Sequence record: MN013085.1
DNA: 39,556 bases
From: Klebsiella phage vB_KpnP_NahiliMali
Direction: 5' to 3' (one strand)
Shown: in pieces, positions 17,733 through 26,899 of the stretch
How the letters are laid out: the number at the start of each line of letters is the position of its first letter
How positions within the stretch are numbered: the first letter of the stretch is position 1
The notes under the pieces: generated by a model
Database searches by the model: none
Told to the model about the DNA's origin: nothing
What the model saw: only the letters and a program-made list of their open reading frames with translations
Program-made: the position numbers and the translations under genes

Positions 17733-18667
17733 TGTCTAAACCATTGAGCCTGCTACAGTTTCAGGAGATGCAGGACCTGAATGAACTCCGCAAGGGTATC
17801 CTCGTGATGGATGGAGACTGGCTGGTATTCCAAGCTATGGCCGCTTCCGAAGTGGAGACCGATTGGGGCGACGATATGTGGACTCTGGAGTGTGACCATG
17901 CGAAAGCGTGGAGCATTCTGTGTGATTCCATCAAGTCCTATGCGGGCCGCAAGAAGGCTTGGCTGGGTGCTCCTATCGTGCTGGCATTCACCCACGATGA
18001 CAACTGGCGCAAGGGTGTCTTACCGACCTATAAGGACAACCGTAAGAAGACCCGTAAGCCTGTGGGTTACCGTGCGTTCCTTGAGCGTGTGTGGGCCAAC
18101 GAGGAGTGGTTCAGTATCCGTGAGGACCGCCTTGAGGGTGATGACGTGATGGGTATCATCGGGTCTGACCCTGCGCTGTTCGGCTTCAAGAAGGCCGTGC
18201 TGGTCTCCTGTGACAAGGACTTCAAGACCATCCCTCACTGTGATTTCCTGTGGTGCACTACCGGTAACATCCTGAGCCACTCGCTGGCTGAGGCTGACTA
18301 CTGGCACACCTTCCAGATGATTAAAGGAGATATCACTGATGGTTATACTGGTATTGCTGGCTGGGGTGATACTGCTGCTGAATACCTTGAGAATCCCTTT
18401 AAGTTTGTCCTGACTCAGAAAGAGCTGAAGTCTGGTAAGAACAAAGGGTCTATCGTGGAGCAGTGGGTCAAAGAGCCTCTGGCTGATATCGACACCCTGT
18501 GGGATGGCATTGTGTCCCTCGGTGCGAAGGCCGGTATGTCTCCTGAGGATATTATCGTTCAGGGCCAAGTGGCTCGCATCCTTCGTGCCTCTGAGTACGA
18601 TTGGCACAACAAGGAGATTACATTATGGGAACCTTCACGTTCGCCGTCGCTGTGTTCCTCTGCTTAA
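17732..18667 (+). CDS. 6: 5'-3' exonuclease gp6.
   Basis: 311 aa, collinear with T7 gp6 (GILVMDGDWLVFQAM, GAPIVLAFT, CDKDFKTIPHCDFLWCTTGNIL, IKGDITDGYTGIAGWGDTA). Confidence 0.97.
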   Translation: MSKPLSLLQFQEMQDLNELRKGILVMDGDWLVFQAMAASEVETDWGDDMWTLECDHAKAWSILCDSIKSYAGRKKAWLGAPIVLAFTHDDNWRKGVLPTYKDNRKKTRKPVGYRAFLERVWANEEWFSIREDRLEGDDVMGIIGSDPALFGFKKAVLVSCDKDFKTIPHCDFLWCTTGNILSHSLAEADYWHTFQMIKGDITDGYTGIAGWGDTAAEYLENPFKFVLTQKELKSGKNKGSIVEQWVKEPLADIDTLWDGIVSLGAKAGMSPEDIIVQGQVARILRASEYDWHNKEITLWEPSRSPSLCSSA

Positions 18668-18732
18668 GTCTGCTGGCCTGCACCTGTGTGGGCCTCTATC
18701 AGCTTATCGCATTGGCGTCAACCGAAAGGTAA
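18625..18732 (+). CDS. Small hydrophobic protein (gene 6.3-like, 35 aa) overlapping the end of gene 6.
   Basis: AAGGAG ribosome-binding site, 9-nt spacer, then ATG. MGTFTFAVAVFLCLSLLACTCVGLYQLIALASTER. Confidence 0.35.
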   Translation: MGTFTFAVAVFLCLSLLACTCVGLYQLIALASTER

Positions 18733-18748
18733 TAACTCATGGCCCTTA

Positions 18749-18774
18749 TCCCATGCGACTCACTATTGGGAGCC
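18749..18774 (+). promoter_or_regulatory. Phage RNAP promoter (phi6.5-like), with the consensus core.
   Basis: tcccatgcgactcactattgggagcc. It is flanked by a 10-bp inverted repeat with one mismatch: atggccctta at 18739-18748 and taggggccat at 18777-18786. Confidence 0.8.
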
Positions 18775-18831
18775 TATAGGGGCCATTATGATATTACTTA
18801 AAGATTCACTCTAAGAGAGGAGAACATTATC

Positions 18832-19086
18832 ATGTTAAAATCACTACGCAATATCGTAGAGAATCCTGAAGAAGTCCCACGTATTCCTGTAGGTGCCGCT
18901 GAGTGGATTCAAGCCCAACTCAATGGCGGCTACCTGATGCAAATCGGTGTCATCTCACGTCTGAAAGCTGAGGGTTACTCAGAGGCATTCCTTGCTGGAT
19001 TCCTTGCGGGTGCTCAATATGGCTGTCAGGTTATCGATGATGCCGATTTTGTCTTGCAGGAGCAGAAGCTGGCTAATCAGCCTTAA
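18832..19086 (+). CDS. Hypothetical protein (gene 6.5 position, 84 aa).
   Basis: AGGAGAACA ribosome-binding site then ATG. No motif recognised. Confidence 0.5.
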   Translation: MLKSLRNIVENPEEVPRIPVGAAEWIQAQLNGGYLMQIGVISRLKAEGYSEAFLAGFLAGAQYGCQVIDDADFVLQEQKLANQP

Positions 19087-19104
19087 CTCAAGCAGGAGGT
19101 GTCT

Positions 19105-19401
19105 ATGTGCTTTAGCGCAAAGGTGAAGACCCCAAAGGTTGACACGAACACTATCAAGGCTCCAGACCCTGCGCCTCTGACTGAGGCTCCTTCAGGTGTT
19201 GCTTTCGGTGAGACCGATACGACTGACGATGGAACAAGCTCAGAGGTGTCCGGGCTGTCAAGCCTGAAGAACTCCAATGATACCACTGGTGACAAGAAGA
19301 ACACCACGAGTGGCACTGTTGGAACAGCAACCAATACTGACGCCAAGAAGACTACAGGTACGAAGTCAAGTATCCGTAAGTCAATCTTCGGTAAGCGGTA
19401 G
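19105..19401 (+). CDS. 6.7: gp6.7 virion/ejection protein.
   Basis: MCFSAKVKTPKVDTNTIKAPDPAPLTE...KSSIRKSIFGKR parallels T7 gp6.7 (MCFSPKIKTPKMDTNQIRAVEPAPLTQ...KSSIRKSAFGGKK). AGGAGG ribosome-binding site then ATG at 19105. Confidence 0.8.
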   Translation: MCFSAKVKTPKVDTNTIKAPDPAPLTEAPSGVAFGETDTTDDGTSSEVSGLSSLKNSNDTTGDKKNTTSGTVGTATNTDAKKTTGTKSSIRKSIFGKR

Positions 19402-19431
19402 TCCCGTTCATTAACATAAGGAGAACACCAC

Positions 19432-19743
19432 ATGGGTTTCTTTAAGAAAATCAAGAAGGCGGTAAGCAAGGTCGTCAAACAGGCCACTAAGGCCCCTGAG
19501 AATCTGGTCAAAGGTGCTGCGGCCCTCGCTACAGGTCAGGGTGGTGAGACCACTGTGATTGAGAAGGAGACTCCTGCAACTCAGGTAGCTGCTCCAGCCC
19601 CGGCAACTCAGGTCGAGACTCCTACGGTGGAGACCGATGATGAGAACACCAGCGATACCGAGAGCGACAAAAAGAAAGCACGAGCAGGCGGTAAGAAATC
19701 ACTGAGCATTGCTCGCAGTTCCGGTAACGGCATCAACATCTAA
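19432..19743 (+). CDS. 7.3: gp7.3 tail/adsorption protein.
   Basis: 103 aa. The C-terminus KKKARAGGKKSLSIARSSGNGINI is identical in pattern to T7 gp7.3 (RKKARAGGKKSLSVARSSGGGINI). Confidence 0.9.
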   Translation: MGFFKKIKKAVSKVVKQATKAPENLVKGAAALATGQGGETTVIEKETPATQVAAPAPATQVETPTVETDDENTSDTESDKKKARAGGKKSLSIARSSGNGINI

Positions 19744-19753
19744 GGAGGTCTGA

Positions 19754-21358
19754 ATGGCTACTTCAAAGGCACGTACAGGCTTCGCTGAGAATGGCGCTAA
19801 GTCTGTGTACGATACGCTGAAGACCGACAGACAATCCTATGAGACACGAGCGGAGGACTGTGCTAAATACACGATTCCATCATTGTTCCCTAAGGACTCT
19901 GATAACTCCTCGACTAACTACACCACTCCGTGGCAGGCAGTTGGTGCTCGTGGACTGAACAACTTGGCCTCTAAGCTGATGCTGGCTCTGTTCCCGATGC
20001 AGACTTGGATGAGACTAAACATCTCTGAGTTCCAAGCGAAGCAACTCGTGGCGGACCCGGACCAGCTGGCTCAGGTCGATGAGTCTCTGTCGATGGTCGA
20101 GCGTATCCTGATGAACTACATCGAATCCAACAGCTACCGTGTGACTCTCTTTGAGGCGCTCAAGCAGTTGGTCGTAGCGGGTAACGCATTGCTGTACATC
20201 CCGGAGCCTGAAGGTACATACAACCCAATGAAGTTGTACCGACTGAGTTCCTACGTGGTGCAGCGTGATGCCTACGATAACATCCTACAGATGGTGACTC
20301 TGGACCGTGTAGCCTATGCTGCTCTGCCAGAGGACGTTAAGAACTCTTTGGGTTCTGATGGTGAACACCAGCCGGACGATGTGATTGAAGTGTACACGCA
20401 CATCTATCTGGATGATGAGACTGGAGATTACCTCAAGTACGAGGAGATTGATGGTGTCGAAGTTGATGGAACTGATGGTTCTTACCCCGCTGGCGCTGTC
20501 CCGTGGATTCCCATCCGAATGGTTCGTATCAACGGCGAGAACTATGGTCGCTCGTATTGCGAGGAGTATCTCGGTGACTTGAAGTCCCTTGAGAATCTCC
20601 AAGAAGCAATCATCAAAATGTCAATGATTTCCGCGAAGGTTATCGGTCTGGTTAACCCGGCTGGTATCACTCAGGTTCGCCGTCTGACCAAAGCACAAAC
20701 AGGTGACTTTGTGACTGGACGTAAGCAGGACATTGAGTTCCTTCAGCTGGAGAAGACCGCCGACTTTACTGTAGCGAAAGCTGTCAGTGAGCAGATTGAA
20801 GCCCGACTGTCCTTTGCCTTTATGTTGAACTCTGCTGTTCAGCGTACAGGTGAACGTGTGACCGCCGAGGAGATTCGCTATGTGGCCTCTGAGCTTGAAG
20901 ATACCCTCGGTGGTGTCTACTCAATCTTAAGCCAAGAGCTGCAACTCCCGATTGTCAATGTTCTCCTGAAGCAACTACAGGCAACCAACCAGATTCCAGA
21001 GTTACCGAAAGAGGCTGTTGAGCCGACTGTATCTACTGGTCTCGAAGCGTTGGGCCGTGGTCAGGACCTGTCGAAACTGCAAGACTTCATTGCGGCGCTC
21101 GGTCAGATGGCCCCACTGGCTCAGGACCCGGATATCAATATGACTACCCTCAAGCTGCGCTTAGCGAACGCTATCGGTATCGACACTTCAGGCATCCTGT
21201 TAACTCAGGAGCAGAAGCAAGCTATCATGGCTCAGCAAGCGGCCAACACTGGTATGCAGAACGCTGCGGCCTCTGCGGGTGCTGGTGCTGGTGCTCTCGC
21301 TACGTCCTCTCCAGAGATGATGCAGCAGGCGGCTCAGACGATGCAGCAGAGTCAGTAA
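19754..21358 (+). CDS. 8: Head-tail connector (portal) protein gp8.
   Basis: 534 aa, highly collinear with T7 gp8 (TPWQAVGARGLNNLASKLMLALFPMQTWMRL, RVTLFEALKQLVVAGN, ENYGRSYCEEYLGDLKSLENLQEAIIKMSMIS...). Confidence 0.98.
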   Translation: MATSKARTGFAENGAKSVYDTLKTDRQSYETRAEDCAKYTIPSLFPKDSDNSSTNYTTPWQAVGARGLNNLASKLMLALFPMQTWMRLNISEFQAKQLVADPDQLAQVDESLSMVERILMNYIESNSYRVTLFEALKQLVVAGNALLYIPEPEGTYNPMKLYRLSSYVVQRDAYDNILQMVTLDRVAYAALPEDVKNSLGSDGEHQPDDVIEVYTHIYLDDETGDYLKYEEIDGVEVDGTDGSYPAGAVPWIPIRMVRINGENYGRSYCEEYLGDLKSLENLQEAIIKMSMISAKVIGLVNPAGITQVRRLTKAQTGDFVTGRKQDIEFLQLEKTADFTVAKAVSEQIEARLSFAFMLNSAVQRTGERVTAEEIRYVASELEDTLGGVYSILSQELQLPIVNVLLKQLQATNQIPELPKEAVEPTVSTGLEALGRGQDLSKLQDFIAALGQMAPLAQDPDINMTTLKLRLANAIGIDTSGILLTQEQKQAIMAQQAANTGMQNAAASAGAGAGALATSSPEMMQQAAQTMQQSQ

Positions 21359-21382
21359 TCCATGCGACTCACTAATGGGAAT
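21358..21382 (+). promoter_or_regulatory. Phage RNAP promoter (phi9-like, ...cactaatgggaat) with a 5' hairpin.
   Basis: atccatgcgactcactaatgggaat, followed by a hairpin gggaatac..gtgttccc and a ttagtt leader. Confidence 0.7.
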
Positions 21383-21428
21383 ACATAACGTGTTCCCTTA
21401 GTTTTCACTTTAAGAGGAGATTATTCTC

Positions 21429-22289
21429 ATGAGCGATATTTACGCTGAATTTGGTGTTAACAATGCTGTTATCTCAAGTGACAACATTGAAGAACACGAG
21501 CAGGCCATGCTTGCGAAACCGATTGAAGTCCGCGATGGTGATGACCGTATCGAGGCTGTAGAGTCCGATGAGTCCACCAGCGAGGAGGAGACTGAAGGTC
21601 AAGCCCAAGAAGTTGAACTGAGCGAATCCGATGAGTCGGACGAGTCAGATGAGACTGAAGGTGAAGCCGCTCCGTTCCAGCCTGTGGGCGAACCAAGTGA
21701 AGAACTGGTCCAGTCCTCTGCACGTATCGCTGAGCACGAAGGTGCGTTCACTGATATGGTTGACACCGCGATTGAACGTGGCCTGTCCGCTGAGTCCGTG
21801 GCCCGCATCCAGCAGGAGTATGCTGAAGATGGTCTCACTGAGAAATCTTATCAGGAGCTGGCTGCTGCTGGCTACAGTAAGAACTTCGTGGACTCCTACC
21901 TGCGCGGTCAGGAAGCACTGGTTGAACAGTATGTCGCTGGTGTGATTGCCTTCGCTGGCGGTCAGCAGAACTTCGATGCACTGTACACTCACCTTCAGAC
22001 CAACTCGCCGGACTCCGCTGAGGCTCTCGTAGCTGCAATGGAGAACCGCGACCTGAAGACCGTGAAGGCTATCATCAATCTGGCTGCGGGTTCCCGTAGT
22101 AAGACTTTTGGTAAACCTGCTGCTCGTTCAGTGACTAAGCGTGGCATCCCTGCTGCGGCTGTCGCTGTGAAGACTGAAGGTTTCTCCTCAAGTGCTCAGA
22201 TGATTAAAGCAATGAGCGACCCGCGTTATGCGACTGACGCTGAGTATCGTCGTAGTGTGGAACAGAAAGTGGCTGCGTCCAGCTTCTAA
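21429..22289 (+). CDS. 9: Capsid assembly (scaffolding) protein gp9.
   Basis: 286 aa, acidic. FGVNNAVIS..EEHEQAMLA...RGQEALVEQYV...RDLKTVKAIINLA..MIKAMSDPRYATDAEYRRSVEQKV is collinear with T7 gp9. Confidence 0.96.
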   Translation: MSDIYAEFGVNNAVISSDNIEEHEQAMLAKPIEVRDGDDRIEAVESDESTSEEETEGQAQEVELSESDESDESDETEGEAAPFQPVGEPSEELVQSSARIAEHEGAFTDMVDTAIERGLSAESVARIQQEYAEDGLTEKSYQELAAAGYSKNFVDSYLRGQEALVEQYVAGVIAFAGGQQNFDALYTHLQTNSPDSAEALVAAMENRDLKTVKAIINLAAGSRSKTFGKPAARSVTKRGIPAAAVAVKTEGFSSSAQMIKAMSDPRYATDAEYRRSVEQKVAASSF

Positions 22290-22317
22290 TTCCATGCGAC
22301 TCACTATTGGGAGAGCC
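22290..22317 (+). promoter_or_regulatory. Phage RNAP promoter (phi10-like), with the consensus core and a long AT-rich leader to the capsid gene.
   Basis: ttccatgcgactcactattgggagagcc. The core is flanked by a 6-bp inverted repeat (gtggct at 22269-22274, agccac at 22314-22319). It is followed by a 120-nt leader ending aagaaggagatttaacATG. Confidence 0.85.
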
Positions 22318-22438
22318 ACCAGACAGAACAAGGTGACGTCCACTGAGTTCTCCCTTTAGAGTTACAATCAGATGTAAAGTTTGGTTTCAAGGATTACTCT
22401 AATTTATTTTCATATCAATCAATAGAAGGAGATTTAAC

Positions 22439-23473
22439 ATGGCGAATACTACTGGTCAGAAAATCGGTACTAACCAAGGTAAAGGTCAGTCTACCGCTGA
22501 CAATCTGGCGCTGTTCCTGAAGGTGTTCGGTGGCGAAGTGCTGACCGCATTCGTTCGTCGTTCTGTGACTATGGACAAACACATGGTCCGTACCATTCAG
22601 AACGGTAAGTCCGCTCAGTTCCCTGTGATGGGTCGTACCAAAGCTGCTTACCTGAAAGCCGGTGAGTCTCTGGATGACAAACGCAAAGATATCAAACACT
22701 CTGAGAAGGTAATCACCATTGATGGCCTGCTGACCTCAGACGTGCTGATTTTCGATATCGAAGACGCAATGAACCACTATGATGTTCGCTCTGAGTATTC
22801 TGCTCAGCTGGGTGAATCTCTGGCGATTGCGGCTGATGGTGCTGTGCTGGCGGAGATGGCTGCTCTGTGTAACCTGCCTTCTGGCTCTAACGAGAACATT
22901 CAGGGTCTCGGCACTGCAAGTGTTCTGTCTGTTGGTGCGAAAGCTGACCTGACTGACCAAGCTGCGCTGGGCGTTGCTATCATCAAGGGTCTGACTACTG
23001 CTCGTGCTAAGCTGACCGCTAACTACGTGCCTGCTGGCGACCGTGTGTTCTACACCACTCCAGAGAATTACTCTGCGATTCTGGCTGCTCTGATGCCTAA
23101 TGCTGCAAACTATCAGGCACTGATTGACCCTGAGAACGGTTCTATCCGTAACGTCATGGGCTTCCAAGTGTTCGAGGTTCCGCACCTGACTGTTGGTGGC
23201 GCTGGCGATGACCGTGATGATGAGACCGCTAACCAGAAACACGCATTCCCTGCTACCGCTACTGGCGATACCAAGGTTGCTCTGGATAACGTTGTCGGCC
23301 TGTTCAACCACCGCTCTGCCGTTGGTACTGTTAAGCTGAAAGATATGGCGCTGGAGCGTGCTCGCCGTGCTGAATATCAGGCTGACCAGATTATCGGTAA
23401 GTACGCAATGGGTCACGGTGGCCTGCGTCCAGAAGCTGCGGGTGCTCTCGTTTTCACCTCGGCCTCAGCGTAA
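22439..23473 (+). CDS. 10A: Major capsid protein gp10A.
   Basis: 344 aa, collinear with T7 gp10A (LALFLKVFGGEVLTAF, KSAQFPV, KRKDIKH.EKVITIDGLLT.DVLI.DIEDAMNHYDVRSEY, ALMPNAANY.ALIDPE.GSIRNVMGF.V.EVPHLT, AKYAMGHGGLRPEAAGA). Confidence 0.98.
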   Translation: MANTTGQKIGTNQGKGQSTADNLALFLKVFGGEVLTAFVRRSVTMDKHMVRTIQNGKSAQFPVMGRTKAAYLKAGESLDDKRKDIKHSEKVITIDGLLTSDVLIFDIEDAMNHYDVRSEYSAQLGESLAIAADGAVLAEMAALCNLPSGSNENIQGLGTASVLSVGAKADLTDQAALGVAIIKGLTTARAKLTANYVPAGDRVFYTTPENYSAILAALMPNAANYQALIDPENGSIRNVMGFQVFEVPHLTVGGAGDDRDDETANQKHAFPATATGDTKVALDNVVGLFNHRSAVGTVKLKDMALERARRAEYQADQIIGKYAMGHGGLRPEAAGALVFTSASA

Positions 23474-23745
23474 ATACCTTTAGTGCTCGGACGGTAACTC
23501 CGTCTGAGTATGAGGTGCAGACTGTAGCTATTGATGGTGATTCACTTAAGGTGACACTTGATGGGCTGGAGGATGTAACGGACTGGTCAACCCTTGAGGT
23601 ATCTTATGGTACTTCAGGAGTTGCCAGCCATACTCGCCGGACCAACACGCTGTACTTCAAAGGAATCGCTGTAGGCGAAACTTTGGTTACCGTCAGCTTT
23701 GATGGGTCTGAAGTGAAGACCTTTAAGCTGGTCGTGACTGAATAA
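22439..23745 (+). CDS. 10B: Minor capsid protein gp10B-type product, made by a programmed -1 ribosomal frameshift near GUU UUC (about 23450-23455). The C-terminal extension of about 97 aa carries an Ig-like (Big_2-like) domain.
   Basis: The -1 frame is open from 23401 through to TAA at 23743-23745. The conserved Val-Phe codons (gtt ttc) sit at the same relative position as the T7 gene 10 frameshift site. The extension TVAIDGDSLKVTLDGL..VTDWSTLEVSYGTSGVASH...GIAVGETLVTVSF.DGSEVKTFKLVV has a Big_2/Ig-like pattern. The Tphi-like terminator lies after this extension. Confidence 0.6.
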
Positions 23746-23752
23746 CTAAATG

Positions 23753-23795
23753 AAACCCTTGGGGTCCTTAACGGGATTCTGAGGGTTTTTTTTTC
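23753..23795 (+). terminator. Tphi-like rho-independent terminator for phage RNAP, after the capsid gene region.
   Basis: aaaccct-tggggtccttaacgggattctg-agggttt is followed by a run of nine T. It resembles T7 Tphi (CCCCTTGGGGCCTCTAAACGGGTCTTGAGGGGTTTTTTG). Confidence 0.85.
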
Positions 23796-23821
23796 TATCG
23801 ACACATTTAAGGAGGTGCTTA

Positions 23822-24409
23822 ATGCGCTCTTATGAAACCACTCTGGAGACCAGTGAGGAGCTTGAAGCTGTCAACGAAGTGTTGGCCTCTATCGGTGAGC
23901 CACCAGTGTCCACATTGGAGGGTGACGCTAACGCTGATGTGGCGAATGCTCGGAGAATCCTCAACACGATAAACCGCCAGATTCAGGCGAAGGGCTGGAC
24001 GTATAACATTGAGGAGCTTGACTTAGCCCCTGATGTGTTCTCTAAGTTAATCCCGTACATGAGCGACTACCTGCGGGTCTTCAATGACTCCGGCGCGACT
24101 CAGTACATCAACCGTGGTGGATATCTCTACGATACCACTAACAAGACAGACCAGTTCACCTCATCGGTAACCGTGTCCATCATCCGCCTGAAGGAGTTCA
24201 ACGAGATGCCTGAGTGTTTCCGCTCTTACATCATCGCCAAGGCTTCCCGTCAGTTCAACATGCAGTTCTTCGGTGCTACCGAGATTGATGCGTTCCTTCA
24301 GGAGCGCGAGCTGGAGTGCTGGAGGGATGTGCAGACGTATGAACTCGACTATGGAAACTTCAACATGCTTGATGGTGACTCCTTCGTTGGTGGTCTGTTG
24401 TCTCGTTAA
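23822..24409 (+). CDS. 11: Tail tubular protein A gp11.
   Basis: 195 aa. The N-terminus MRSYE....[39 protein letters not shown] and [14 protein letters not shown] match T7 gp11. Confidence 0.97.
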   Translation: MRSYETTLETSEELEAVNEVLASIGEPPVSTLEGDANADVANARRILNTINRQIQAKGWTYNIEELDLAPDVFSKLIPYMSDYLRVFNDSGATQYINRGGYLYDTTNKTDQFTSSVTVSIIRLKEFNEMPECFRSYIIAKASRQFNMQFFGATEIDAFLQERELECWRDVQTYELDYGNFNMLDGDSFVGGLLSR

Positions 24410-24430
24410 TGCTTACATAAGGAGGTCCTT

Positions 24431-26812
24431 GTGGCTCTTATTTCTCAAACAGTTAAAAACCTGAAAGGCGGTATTAGCCAACAGCCGGATATCTTACGTT
24501 ACCCTGAGCAGGCCGAGGCACAAATCAACGCTTTCTCCTCTGAGACTGAAGGTCTCCAGAAGCGGTCACCTACAGTGTTCACTAAGATTATTGCATCGGC
24601 TGGGGCCTTCGGGAGTAAACCTCTGGTTCACATCATCAACCGTGATACCGTCGAGCAATATCAGGTGGTCTTCACCGGGACTGGCATTCGCGTGTTCGGA
24701 CTGGATGGCAAAGAGTATTCCGTGACTGGCGATATGCAGTATGTCCAAGTGTCTGACCCTCAGAAGATGCTCCGGTGTGTGACAGTGGCTGACTACACAT
24801 TCATCGTCAACAGGAACAAAACAGTACAGGCCAATACCGCTAAGACAGACTCTGGTTTCAGGACGGATGGTGATTGCGTAATCAACGTAAGGGGAGGTCA
24901 GTTCGGGCGCACCCTGAAGATTCACATCAACGGCGGAACTCAGGCAACGCTTGTGATGCCAGATGGCTCTAATGCCAGCCACACAGCACAGACTGATGCT
25001 CAGTACATCGTAAGTCAACTGGCTGGACAACTTCGTGCCAACATGGGTGGATGGTCCATTAACGAGGGTCCCGGCTATATTCAGATTGTGGCCCCAAGTA
25101 GTGATAACATCCGCTCCGTGACAACAGAGGATGGGTATGCGAACCAGCTAATCAACGCGGTGACTCATGAAGCTCAGAGTTTCAACAAGTTACCTCTGGA
25201 GGCTCCTAATGGTTACAAGGTGAAAATCTCGGCAACTAACAACGGGACCAGTGATAAGTATTACGTTCAGTATGACGCACTGAATAAGGTCTGGCGTGAG
25301 ACTGTTGGCTGGGGCGTACAGTTAGGACTCAATGCGTCCACAATGCCTTGGGCCTTAGTGCGTCAGGCTAACGGTTCATTCCAGATGACTCAGTTATCAT
25401 ATGCCAACCGTACATGCGGCGATGATGATACTAACCCAATGCCGTCCATTGTGGGCCAGACGATTAACGATGTGTTCTTCTTCAGGAACCGTTTAGGTTT
25501 CCTAAGTGGAGAGAACATTGTGATGAGCCGTACCGCGAAGTACTTCAACTTCTTCCCACCTTCAGTGGCGAACCTGAGTGATGATGACCCGATTGATGTG
25601 GCTGTATCACATAACCGTATCTCCATCCTGAAGTATGCCGTACCGTTCTCTGAGCAGTTACTCCTGTGGTCTGACCAAGCGCAGTTCGTCCTGTCATCTT
25701 CAGGTGTCCTGACTCCGAAGTCTATCCAGCTGGACCTCACCACCGAGTTCGATGTGGATGACACAGCGAGGCCTTATGGTGTCGGTCGAGGTGTTTACTT
25801 CGCGGCCCCTCGTGCCTCCTTCACGTCCATCAAGCGTTACTATGCGGTACAGGATGTGAGTGACGTCAAGGACGCTGAGGATATCTCTGCTCACGTTCCA
25901 AGCTACATCCCGAACGGTGTGTTCAGTATCCACGGGTCTGGCACAGAGAACTTCGCATGTGTACTCACAACTGGTGCTCCTAACAAGCTGTTCATGTACA
26001 AATACCTGTACCTTGACGGTGAGCTGAAGCAGCAGGCGTGGTCTCACTGGGAGTTCTCTGAGGGGACCAAGATTCGAGCGGCTCAGTGTATCGGCTCCAC
26101 GATGTACCTGATTCTGGAGAACGACCAGATTTTCATGGCTCGTATCCACTTCACGAAGAACACTGTGGACTTCTCCGATGAGCCTTACCGTATCTATATG
26201 GACCGTAAGATTCGATACGTGATTCCAGCTGGGACATACAACGATGATACCTACCAGACTACCTTCAACCTCTCCAACGTGTATGGCGGGTTAGGCTTCT
26301 GGAAGGACAAAGTATCATGCGTGTTCCTTGATGGTCAGGTAGAGGAGTTCACCCCACCGGACGGTGTATCATGGGAGAATAACCAACCGATTATCCAACT
26401 CAACGGTAACCGTGAGGGAGAGGTAGTGTTCCTCGGGGCGAACTATGAGTTCTACTATGAGTTCTCCAAGTTCCTCATCAAGAAGACTGCGGAGGACGGC
26501 TCAACGGCAACTGAGGATATCGGTCGGTTGCAGCTTCGTCGTGCGTGGGTCGACTATGAGGACTCTGGTGCGTTCCTTATCCAAGTGGAGAACACCTCTC
26601 GACTCTTTGAGTACATGATGGCTGGTGGTCGCTTAGGCTCTGACAGTCTCCGTGTGGGTTACCTCAACGTTGGTACGGGACAGTTCCGATTCCCGGTAGT
26701 GGGCAATGCTCAGCTGAACGTAGTGCGCCTTATCTCAGACAACACGACCCCACTAAATGTGATTGGTTGTGGATGGGAAGGCAACTACAGTCGCCGCTCA
26801 AGCGGTATCTAA
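24431..26812 (+). CDS. 12: Tail tubular protein B gp12.
   Basis: 793 aa, GTG start. MALISQTVKNLKGGISQQPDILRYP..., FFFRNRLGFLSGENI, KYAVPFSE, EDIGRLQLRRAWV and ...NVIGCGWEGNY.RRSSGI are as in T7 gp12. Confidence 0.98.
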   Translation: MALISQTVKNLKGGISQQPDILRYPEQAEAQINAFSSETEGLQKRSPTVFTKIIASAGAFGSKPLVHIINRDTVEQYQVVFTGTGIRVFGLDGKEYSVTGDMQYVQVSDPQKMLRCVTVADYTFIVNRNKTVQANTAKTDSGFRTDGDCVINVRGGQFGRTLKIHINGGTQATLVMPDGSNASHTAQTDAQYIVSQLAGQLRANMGGWSINEGPGYIQIVAPSSDNIRSVTTEDGYANQLINAVTHEAQSFNKLPLEAPNGYKVKISATNNGTSDKYYVQYDALNKVWRETVGWGVQLGLNASTMPWALVRQANGSFQMTQLSYANRTCGDDDTNPMPSIVGQTINDVFFFRNRLGFLSGENIVMSRTAKYFNFFPPSVANLSDDDPIDVAVSHNRISILKYAVPFSEQLLLWSDQAQFVLSSSGVLTPKSIQLDLTTEFDVDDTARPYGVGRGVYFAAPRASFTSIKRYYAVQDVSDVKDAEDISAHVPSYIPNGVFSIHGSGTENFACVLTTGAPNKLFMYKYLYLDGELKQQAWSHWEFSEGTKIRAAQCIGSTMYLILENDQIFMARIHFTKNTVDFSDEPYRIYMDRKIRYVIPAGTYNDDTYQTTFNLSNVYGGLGFWKDKVSCVFLDGQVEEFTPPDGVSWENNQPIIQLNGNREGEVVFLGANYEFYYEFSKFLIKKTAEDGSTATEDIGRLQLRRAWVDYEDSGAFLIQVENTSRLFEYMMAGGRLGSDSLRVGYLNVGTGQFRFPVVGNAQLNVVRLISDNTTPLNVIGCGWEGNYSRRSSGI

Positions 26813-26828
26813 CTAATAACCCTATGAC

Positions 26829-26855
26829 TTTCCATGTGACTCACTATTGGGAGGC
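26829..26855 (+). promoter_or_regulatory. Phage RNAP promoter (phi13-like), variant ccatgTgactcact.
   Basis: tttccatgtgactcactattgggaggc. It is flanked by a perfect 8-bp inverted repeat (accctatg at 26819-26826, catagggt at 26855-26862). Confidence 0.8.
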
Positions 26856-26899
26856 ATAGGGTATTTACTTTATGTCAATACTTTAAGAGGAGAACAGCA

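Noticed and set aside
18504-18779. 91-aa ORF spanning the gene 6 end and the phi6.5-like promoter.
   Set aside because: It is out of frame with the better-supported 6.3-like small ORF, runs through the promoter, and has an Arg-rich off-frame composition.
21590-21670. Imperfect tandem repeats gaatccgatgagtcggacgagtcagatgag in the scaffold gene.
   Set aside because: They encode the acidic SESDESDESDE low-complexity tract typical of scaffolding proteins. This is not an independent repeat element.
22736-23416. 226-aa minus-strand ORF antisense to the major capsid gene.
   Set aside because: Long antisense ORFs are expected opposite highly expressed genes. It has no ribosome-binding site or promoter, and the capsid frame is unambiguously supported by homology.
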